Source: Heliomicrobium sp. (GTDB lineage: Bacteria; Acidobacteriota; Blastocatellia; RBC074). From it: DNA of 64,000 nt. The notes beneath the pieces are model-generated. The model had not been told where the DNA came from, ran no database searches, and saw only the letters and a program-made list of their open reading frames with translations. This document shows positions 9,538 to 18,400 of the stretch, in pieces. The position numbers and the translations under genes are program-made. The number at the start of each line of letters is the position of its first letter. Position 1 is the stretch's first letter. Where the stretch lies: the NCBI GenBank assembly GCA_021155085.1, contig JAJNQA010000021.1, forward strand, positions 2,875 to 66,874, written 5' to 3'.

Positions 9538-10509
9538 TCAAATTCCACCGGCATAAATCGCGTCCTCGATTCGTGCAACCTCACGGCCAATCGCTCCGCC
9601 GACTTTTGGCTCGCGATTCTCAATGACCGCGCAAGTGAAATCTTCTATCAGTGGCAGGTGAATATTCGCGTGCGGCGGAAGATGTTCCGTTCGATCGCCC
9701 GCCGCAGTTTTGATACGCAGTTCGCCTTGATTCAGCAAGGGAAGATGAAGCGAACCTTCGCTGCCGAAAATGTCCAGCGTATCCTGCGATTCAAACGAAG
9801 CATGCGTGACGGTCAACACAGCTTGCAGCTTGCTTTCAAACTCGAAGCTCGCAACACAAGTATCTTCGACTTCCCGCTCGAATAGCGCGCTGCCAACCAG
9901 GCTTGTGATGCGTTTGATTGAGCCAAACAAATTCATCAGGACCTCAATCCGATGACAGCCGAAGTCCATCATCGGCCCGCCGCCCGCTTTGGCTTTTTCC
10001 ACCAGCCAGTGCCTGTCTTCACCTGACTGCGGGTTGAAGCGTTCAAACGCGTTGATCTGCGCCAGCACCGGCTTGCCAATTTCGCCCGCCGCGATGATTT
10101 GCCTGGCGCGAAGCAGCACCGGATAAAAATGCCTGTAATAAGCGATGCCCAGTTTGACGCCGTTCGCCTGGCAAACGGAAATCATCCGGTCGCATTCTGC
10201 CGGGTTCATCGCCATCGGCTTTTCGCACAACACGTGTTTTCCGGCTTCGGCGGCGGCGATGGTTTGTTGCGCGTGCAGATAAACCGGCGTCGAAATGTAA
10301 ACCGCGTCAATTTCCGCGTCGGCGATCAACTCCCGCCAGTCGCGATGCCAGCGCCGAGCGCCAAATTCACGAGCGAAGCTTTCAGCCAAGTCCGTGCGCG
10401 AACGGTTGACCGCAACCAATTCGCAGCTTTCCAAATCGCGCAGCGCCGGAGCGACTCGCTTTCGAGAAATGTCGCCACAACCAATCAAGCCCCATCGAAC
10501 CTTGTTCAT
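9538..10509 (-). CDS. Gfo/Idh/MocA family NAD(P)-dependent oxidoreductase.
   Basis: N-terminal Rossmann segment VRWGLIGCGDISRKRVAPAL and a EKPMA motif. Lies 2 bp downstream of efp on the same strand. Confidence 0.8.
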   Translation of the reverse strand: MNKVRWGLIGCGDISRKRVAPALRDLESCELVAVNRSRTDLAESFAREFGARRWHRDWRELIADAEIDAVYISTPVYLHAQQTIAAAEAGKHVLCEKPMAMNPAECDRMISVCQANGVKLGIAYYRHFYPVLLRARQIIAAGEIGKPVLAQINAFERFNPQSGEDRHWLVEKAKAGGGPMMDFGCHRIEVLMNLFGSIKRITSLVGSALFEREVEDTCVASFEFESKLQAVLTVTHASFESQDTLDIFGSEGSLHLPLLNQGELRIKTAAGDRTEHLPPHANIHLPLIEDFTCAVIENREPKVGGAIGREVARIEDAIYAGGI

Positions 10510-10511
10510 AG

Positions 10512-11090
10512 CTACTCTTTCGCGCGGCTGACGAATTCGCCGGTTTGGGTGTTGATGCGAATGACTTCGCCTTCCTTGATAAAGAGTGGCACCCGCACTT
10601 GCAACCCGGTTTCGAGCGTCGCCATCTTGGTCGTCCCGCCCGAAGCCGAATCGCCGCGAACCCCCGGTTCGGCGTCTGTCACCGCCAGATCAACATGCGA
10701 CGGCAGTTGCAATGAAATCGGCTCGCCATTGTATTTTCGAACCTGCAACGACACGCCATCTTTCAAATAGAGCCGTTCGTCACCGAGTTGTTCTTCGGTC
10801 AGGGCGAACTGTTCATAGGAAGCATCGTCCATAAAGTGATAACCGTCGCCATCCGAATACATAAACGAAGCGGGCGTCAGTTCGACATCCGGCTCTTCGA
10901 ATTTCTCGCTGGTCTTGAACGATTTTTCCAGCACGGCATCGGTCAATAAATGCCGCAACCTCGTCCGCACCATTGTCGAAGCGCCGCGTGCGCTCGGACT
11001 GGCGAAAGTCACTTCGACCACGGTGTACGGCTGTCCTTCGACAGCGATCACCATTTTCCGCTTCAACTCATTTGCTCCAATTAGTGCCAT
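10512..11090 (-). CDS. efp: Elongation factor P.
   Basis: Colinear with EF-P at 192 aa: KMVIAVEGQPYTVVE..., KMATLETGLQVRVPLFIKEGEVIRINTQTGEFVSRA. The loop that normally carries the modified Lys reads SPSARGAST. Confidence 0.9.
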   Translation of the reverse strand: MALIGANELKRKMVIAVEGQPYTVVEVTFASPSARGASTMVRTRLRHLLTDAVLEKSFKTSEKFEEPDVELTPASFMYSDGDGYHFMDDASYEQFALTEEQLGDERLYLKDGVSLQVRKYNGEPISLQLPSHVDLAVTDAEPGVRGDSASGGTTKMATLETGLQVRVPLFIKEGEVIRINTQTGEFVSRAKE

Positions 11091-11232
11091 TTGGTTTCCC
11101 TTTAGAAGATTTCGGCGGGCGCAAAATCAAGGCTTGCTTGTTGCGCTTTGCCGGAAGTAAGAAAAGAAGTGAGAGAAGATATGATAATCTCGGCCTTCGG
11201 TAAACAGCTTCAATTCTCCGAATCAAACGCGA

Positions 11233-12402
11233 ATGAAAAAAGATGTGATCGTAATTGGCGGAGGCGCGGCAGGCCTGTTTTGCGCGCTGACCGCAGGCAA
11301 GCGCGGACGCGCCGTGCTGGTGATCGAACACGCTGAAAAGATTGGCAAAAAGATATTGATCAGCGGCGGCGGGCGCTGCAATTTCACCAATCTGCACACC
11401 GCGCCGGAAAATTTCATCTGCCGCAATCCCAACTTTCACAAATCCGCGCTGGCCCGATTCACCCCGTTTGATTTCATCGAACTGGTCCGAAAGCACAAGA
11501 TCGCCTATCACGAAAAGAAGCTCGGCCAATTGTTTTGCGACGACAGCTCCCAACAAATTGTGCGATTGCTGCTGGAAGAATGCCGCCGCGCGCGCGCCGA
11601 GATTCGCGTCAACTGTAAAATTCAGTCGGTCGAGAAAACCAGCCAGACGTTCGTCGTCGAAACCAATCAAGGACGATTTGAAAGCGAATCGTTGGTCGTC
11701 GCCACCGGCGGACTTTCGATTCCCCAAATGGGCGCAACCGATTTCGGCCACCGGCTGGCGCGGCAATTCGGGTTAAAAATAGTGCAACCGAAACCCGCAC
11801 TCGTGCCCTTCACGCTGGCGGAAAATGATCGCAGGGTTTTCAGCCCAATCAGTGGAATTTCCGTTGACGCCGTGGTCAGCCTGCGAGATCAGCAATTTCG
11901 CGAAAACCTGCTGGTCACGCATCAGGGCTTGAGCGGTCCCGCCATCCTGCAAATTTCTTCTTACTGGAATTCCGGCGAAGCGATTGAGATTGATCTGCTG
12001 CCCGATGGCAGCGCTGAGGAGTTGCTGGGCAGCGAACGAGACAGCTTGAAGGAATTGAAAACTCTGCTCGGCCAGCACTGGCCGCAGCGTTTCGCCCAGG
12101 CCTGGACGCAAATCCAGGCTGGATCGAAACCGCTCCGGCAGTATTCCAACAAGGAATTATTCGCCATTGCCGAGAGCATTCATCGCTGGCGAATCACGCC
12201 CAATGGCACTGAGGGATTCCGCAAAGCCGAAGTCACGGCGGGCGGTGTGGACACGGATGAGCTGTCATCAAAAACAATGGAATCCCGCCGCGTACCTGGT
12301 TTGCACTTCATCGGCGAAGTCGTGGATGTAACCGGCTGGCTCGGCGGATACAACTTCCAATGGGCCTGGGCGTCGGGTCACGCCGCAGGCCAAAACGTCT
12401 AA
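11233..12402 (+). CDS. HI0933/YhiN/BaiN-family NAD(P)/FAD-dependent oxidoreductase.
   Basis: Contains VIVIGGGAAGLFCA...LVIE...ILISGGGRCNFTN. Confidence 0.8.
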   Translation: MKKDVIVIGGGAAGLFCALTAGKRGRAVLVIEHAEKIGKKILISGGGRCNFTNLHTAPENFICRNPNFHKSALARFTPFDFIELVRKHKIAYHEKKLGQLFCDDSSQQIVRLLLEECRRARAEIRVNCKIQSVEKTSQTFVVETNQGRFESESLVVATGGLSIPQMGATDFGHRLARQFGLKIVQPKPALVPFTLAENDRRVFSPISGISVDAVVSLRDQQFRENLLVTHQGLSGPAILQISSYWNSGEAIEIDLLPDGSAEELLGSERDSLKELKTLLGQHWPQRFAQAWTQIQAGSKPLRQYSNKELFAIAESIHRWRITPNGTEGFRKAEVTAGGVDTDELSSKTMESRRVPGLHFIGEVVDVTGWLGGYNFQWAWASGHAAGQNV

Positions 12403-12408
12403 ATGATT

Positions 12409-15400
12409 TCAATTTCTCTTGGACATGATCGGCACGTCGCCGCTCTGTCCGTGAACCTTCGACATTTCGACATTGTCCCGGCTGCGCTTGATGGTCCAGA
12501 CGCCGGTCGACGGCTGCCAGAGGGCCGGATCGGCCTTGCCATCTCCGTCGTAATCGGCGACCGCCGGCACATCCCCTTGCGCCGCAGCCCCCAGTGATAC
12601 AGTCCGTGTCACGGCGCTGCTGCTTTCCACGATGTACCAATTCCCTTCCAACGCACGCCACACGGCGATGTCCGTCCGGTTATCCCCATCGTAATCGCCC
12701 GGCACCGGAACATCCGTGCCAACGCCCCATTCGGTGCTGATCGTCAGGGAGTCCGAACTCCGCCGGATATACCAGAACCCCGTACTTCGACGGAACACAG
12801 CCACGTCCGTCTTCCCGTCGCCGTCGTAATCCCCCGGCACGGGAACGTCGCCCAGCGGCGCAAATCCCCAGGTCCTCGCATCTATCCCGCCATCCGAACT
12901 GCGAACGATGTACCAGGCGCCTGCCGAACCGCGCCAGACCGCGACATCGGTTTTGCCATCGCCGTCGTAATCGCCCGGCACCGGCACATCCGTCCCCAGC
13001 CCCCAGAAATGGCTTTTCACCTGGCCGTCGCTGCTTTGTTTGATGAACCAGTAGCCCGCATACTCGCCGCCACGACGGAAGACGGCCAGGTCGGTCTTCC
13101 CATCGCCATCGTAATCGCCCGATACCGTGACATCGTTGTAGGGCGCATAACTTGCTCCCCACGGCGTAGCCTCCACCTTCCCATCGCCGCTGTTGGCGAC
13201 CAGCCAGTTGCCGTCGCTTCCGCGCCAGACCGACAGGTCGCTCTTGCCGTCGCCGTCGAAGTCGCTGAAGACCGTCAACGACGACGCGAAACCCGCGCCG
13301 ATCAGCACCGTGTACATCCGGTTGCCCGAACAAGCTCCCTGCGTTGCCGTGACGGTAAAGGTGTAGCTGCCCACCGCCGTCGGATAACCGAAGAGCAGCC
13401 CATTGGCGCCAAACAAGGTGACCCCCGGCGGCACGCTGCCGCTCGTGATTGTGTAGCTGTAGAGACCGGCTGGCGAAGCCGTGGCGGCGGCGTTGTATAA
13501 CTGCCCGACGTTTCCGTTGGGCAGGCTGGCCGGCAACGTGATGGTCGGGCAGCCGCCACCGCTGATGACCACGGTGTAATCGCGAAAGCCCGTGCAACCG
13601 CCGAAGCCGGTCGCCGTAATGCGGAAGTTGAACGTGCCGCCCGCGGTCGGCGTCCCACTTAAGACCCCCGTCGAAGAATTCAAATTCAACCCGGCCGGCA
13701 AACTGCCGATGGTCACGGCGTAGGTGTATCCACCTCCGGAGGGCGAGGCGGAAATCGTCTGGGTGTATGCCGTGCCCGTTGTCCCGTTCGGCAAACTGGC
13801 CGGCGACAGAGCCACCGTCGGACAGGTGATCGCCAGGGTGTAGCTTTGCGTCGCGTTGCAACCGCCAGCCGTCTGCGCCTTGATCGTGAAGGTGAAGGAG
13901 CCGACGGTGGACGGCAATCCGCTGATCACGCCGGTTGCCGGATTCAACGTGATCCCGCTCGGCAGGCTTCCCGAAATCAGCGAGAAGGTGTGGCTGCCAG
14001 CCGGCGAGACGCTGATCGTCTGGCTGTAGGCCACGCCCGCCTGACCGCCGGGAAGCGGCGAAGTCGGGCTGAGCGTAATTGTCGAGCAGGTGATGGCTAC
14101 CGTGTAAGTACGTGAACCGGAGCAACTGCCCCCCCCGCTGGTTGCTGCCGTGATCGTGAAGTTGAAAGAACCTGTGGTGGTCGGCGTGCCGGTGATCGCG
14201 CCGGTCGAGGCGTTGAGCGTCAAACCCGCCGGCAATGCGCCGCTGCTCACCGCGTAGCTGTAGGTCCCGGCGGGCGAGCCGGCCACCGTCTGACTGTAAC
14301 TGGCGCCGACCGATCCGCCCGGCAGGCTCGACGGATCAACCGTGATGGTCGGGCAACTCACTATCAGCACATAATCCTGGAACCCGGTGCAACCGCCAAA
14401 GCCTGTCGTTGTGATGCGGAAATTGAATGTCCCGCTTTGCGTTGGCGCGCCGCTGAATGCGCCGTTCGAGTTGAGTGTCAAGCCCGCCGGCAGCAGTCCA
14501 CTTGTCACCGCGAAGCTGTAATTGCCGCCCGCCGGGCTCGCGCTGATGGTTTGCGAATATGCCGTGTTGATCGTTACGCCCGGCAAACTCGCCGGGCTGA
14601 GCGTGATCGTCGGACAGACCACGTTGATGACCAGCGTGGCAGTGGTTGTCGCCCCGCAATTGTCAGTCGCGGTGATCGTCACGGTGTAACTGCCGATGAG
14701 CGCCGCGCTGAGCACCGTCACCGCTCCCGTCGCCGCGTTGAGTGAGACGGTCAGCCCGCCGTTGTTGGGCGAAACGCCTTGCAGCATCAGCGGATTGACC
14801 GTCCCGTTGTCGCTCGGCCCGGCTGCCGGATTGATGCTCGGCGTCGTCCCGGCGATGACGGTTTGCGGGTTGTAGCCGAGCATTGGGGGCGTATTCGGCG
14901 TGACTGTCACCGTCAGCGTGCCGGTGCCGGTGGCGTTTTGATTGTCGGTCACCACCAGATTGAAGGTCGCGCTGGTCGCCGCGCAGGTGGTAGCGATGTT
15001 CGCCGTCACCGCGCCGGACGGCGTGATCGTCACGCCGCTAACCGTCACGCCATTGCCGCTGGCGGTCGTCGGATTGCCGTTGATCGTGATGCCCAGCGTA
15101 TTGACCGGCTGATCCGGGTCAACCGCCGTGGCGATGGTGAAGCTGGCCGCATTGCTCCCCGCTTTGACCGTCAGCGTGTCGCTGCTGATGGTTGGCGGCG
15201 TATTGGTTGCCAACGTCGCCGTCGCTGTGTTGCCCGTCCCGCCGTTGGTTGATGTGACGTTGCCGCTGATGTTGACGAACGGCCCTTGCGCGTTCGGCGT
15301 GACATTGACCGAGACGGTGCAAGTGCCGCCCGTGCCCACCGTGCCGCCGGTCAGCATGATCCCTGTGTCGCCCGCAGTCAGCGCGCCGCCTCCGCCATCT

Positions 15401-18400
15401 TGGAGCGTGCCGCCGCAAGTGTTGGTCGTCGTCAGCGGCGTGGCCACCACCAGATTCGGCGAATTCGGGAAGTTGTCGGTGAAGCCGGCGACCGTCAGCG
15501 CGACGGTGTTGGCCGCCGGATTGGTGATCGTGAAGGTCAGCGTCGAGGTCTGGCCAACCGGCACGCTGGCCGGACTGAATGCCTTGCTGATCGAAGGCGG
15601 CGCGACCACCGTGTGCGGTTCGGTGTCAGTGCCGCCATTGAAGTTCGTATCGCCCGCGTAAGTCGCCGTCAACGTGCGTGCGCCCGGCGTGGTCAGCGTA
15701 ATGACGCAGGATCCCCCCGCGACCGTGCCGGTGCAGGTTTCCGCGCCGCCGCTGGCCGTCACGACCACGTTGCCGGTCGCAGTGCCTACGCCTGGCGGTA
15801 CTGCCAGGACCGTGAAGACGACCGTCAGGTTCTGTCCGACAAAGGATGAATCCGGATTGTCCGAAACAATCGTCGTCACCGTGTCGGCTTGGTTGGCAGT
15901 ATGCGGCGCTCCCGCCGAGGTGCTGCCGTTGTAGCTCGTGTCGCCCTGATAGGTGGCCGTCAGCGTGCGATTGCCGACCGCCGTCAGCGCCAATGTACAA
16001 GAACCTGCCGCGACCGTTCCGGTACAGGTTTCCGTCCCGCCGCTGACCGTCACCACGACGTTGCCGGTCGGCGTGCCAGAACCAGGCGCAGCCGCCGCGA
16101 CCGTGAAGTTGACCGTGATGGCCTGGCCGAAGACCGACGGATCGGGATTATCCGAGGTGATGGTCGTCGTCGTGTCCGCTTTGTTGACCTGATGCCCCGC
16201 GCCCGTGGAAGCCGGGCTGGCGTTGTAGTTCGCATCGCCCTGATAAGTCGCCGTCAGCGTCCGCACGCCCGGCGTAAACAGGGCGATGACGCACTGCCCC
16301 GCCGTCACCGTTCCGGTGCAGGAATTGACGCCATCCGAAACCAGGACATTGCCGGTCGGAGTTCCAGCACCTGGCGAAGTCACCGAAACCGTATACGTGA
16401 CCGTCACATTCTGCCCGACCACCGACGGATCCGGCGCATCGGAGAAGATCGCCGCTGTCGTGTCCGCCTTGTTGACCGTGTGCGACACGCCCGCCGAGGT
16501 GCTGCCGTTGAAGTTCGCATCGCCGCTGTAGGTCGCCGTCAGCGTCTTCGCGCCGGCTGTGGTCGAGGTCAGTATGCAACTGGCCGCTGGCAAGGTAATC
16601 GTGCAGGTTCCGCCCGTGCCATCGCTGACCGTCACTGTTCCGGTCGGCGTGCCCGTTCCCGGAGGCGTCACCGCGACATTGGCCGCCACGTTGTAGGCTT
16701 GTCCCGTCACCGACGGATCGGGCGTATACGACGTGATCGTCGTCGTCGTGTTCGCCAACGTGACCTGATGCGCTTCGGTATCGGAACTGCCATTGTAATT
16801 GGCGTCTCCCGCATAGGTCGCCGTCAAGGTTCTATTTCCAATATTGGTCAGGGTGAGCGTGCAAGTCCCCGCCGCAATCGTGCCGGTGCAGGTTTCCGCG
16901 CCGCCGCTGATCGTCACCACGACATTGCCGGTTGGCGTCCCACCGCCCGGCGCGATTGCCGTGACGGAGAAATTGACCGTGACAGCTTGCCCGACAATGG
17001 AGGGGTCCGGATTGTCGGAGCTGATGGTCGTCGTCGTATTGGCCGCGTTGACCTGATGCGCTTCGGTGTCCGAACTGCCGTTGAAATCGGCATTGCCCGC
17101 GTAGGTCGCCGTCAGAGTTCGCGCGCCTGCCGAAGTCAGCGTGATCGTGCAAGTCCCCGCCGCAACCGTGCCGGTGCAGGTTTCCGCCCCGCCGCTGATC
17201 GTCACCACGACGTTGCCGGTTGGCGTCCCAGCGCCCGGCGCAATGGACAGGGTAGTGAAATTAACCGTCACGCTCTGGCCCACGACCGATGGATCGGGAT
17301 TGGCGGAGGTGATAGTCGTCGTCGTATTGGCGGCGTTGACCTGATGCGCTTCGGTGTCCGAACTGCCGTTGAAGTTCGCATCGCCCGCGTAAGTCGCCGT
17401 CAATGTCCGCGCGCCAGCCGAGGTCAGCGTCAGCGTGCAAGTCCCCGCCGCCACCGTGCCGACGCAGGTTTCCGCGCCGCCGCTGATCGTCACCACGACA
17501 TTGCCGGTGGGCGTTCCCGCGCCGGGCGAGTTCGCCGTCACGGTGTAGTTGACCGTCACGCTCTGGCCCACGACTGAAGGGGCGGGATTGTCCGAAGTAA
17601 TGGTTGTCGTCGTATTGGCGGCGTTGACCTGATGCGCTTCGGTGTCCGAACTGCCGTTGAAGTTCGCATCGCCCGCGTAAGTCGCCGTCAAGGTTCGCGC
17701 GCCTGCCGAGGTAAGCGTCAGCGTGCAAGTCCCCGCCGCCACCGTGCCGACGCAGGTTTCACTGCCGCCGCTGACCGTCACCACGACGTTTCCGGTCGGC
17801 GTGCCCGTGCCCGGCGCGTTCACCGTCACGCTGTAATTGACCGTCACGCTTTGCCCGACGACCGACGGGTCGGGATTGTCGGAGGTGATCGTCGTCGTCG
17901 TGTTGGCCAGTGTGACCTGATGGGCTTCGGTGTCGGAACTGCCGTTGTAATTGGCATCGCCCGCATAGGTCGCCGTCAAGGTTCTGTTTCCGATGCCGGT
18001 CAGCGTGAGCGTGCAAGACCCCGCCGCGACCATGCCGGTGCAGGTTTCCGCGCCGCCGCTGATCGTTACCACGACGTTTCCCGTGGGAGTGCCGCCACCC
18101 GGTGCCGCTCCGACGACCGAGAAATTGACTGCGACAGCTTGCCCGACAATGGATGGATCCGGATTGTCGGAAGTGATGGTTGTTGTCGTGTTGGCGGTGT
18201 TGACCTGATGCGCTTCGGTGTCGGAACTGCCGTTGAAGTTCGTGGTCTGCGCGTAAGTCGCCGTCAGTGTTCTGGCGCCTGCCGCGTTGAGTGACAGGGT
18301 GCAAGTCCCCGCCGCCACCGTTCCGGTGCAGGTTTCCGCGCCGCCGCTGACCGTTACCACGACGTTGCCGGTCGGCGTGCCGCTGCCGGGGGAATTGGTC

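Noticed and set aside
11068-11766. 232-aa minus-strand ORF.
   Set aside because: It overlaps efp and lies antisense to the HI0933-family flavoprotein gene. No recognisable features.
12680-14125. 481-aa minus-strand ORF, and many other long ORFs (13009..13500, 14779..15252, 15889..17577, 17632..18294, 17759..18751, 18427..19170, 18872..19420) inside the giant gene region.
   Set aside because: All are alternate-frame or antisense readings of the GC-rich repeat gene 12409..20271. Their products are Arg/Gly/His-rich low-complexity strings typical of off-frame translation of high-GC DNA.
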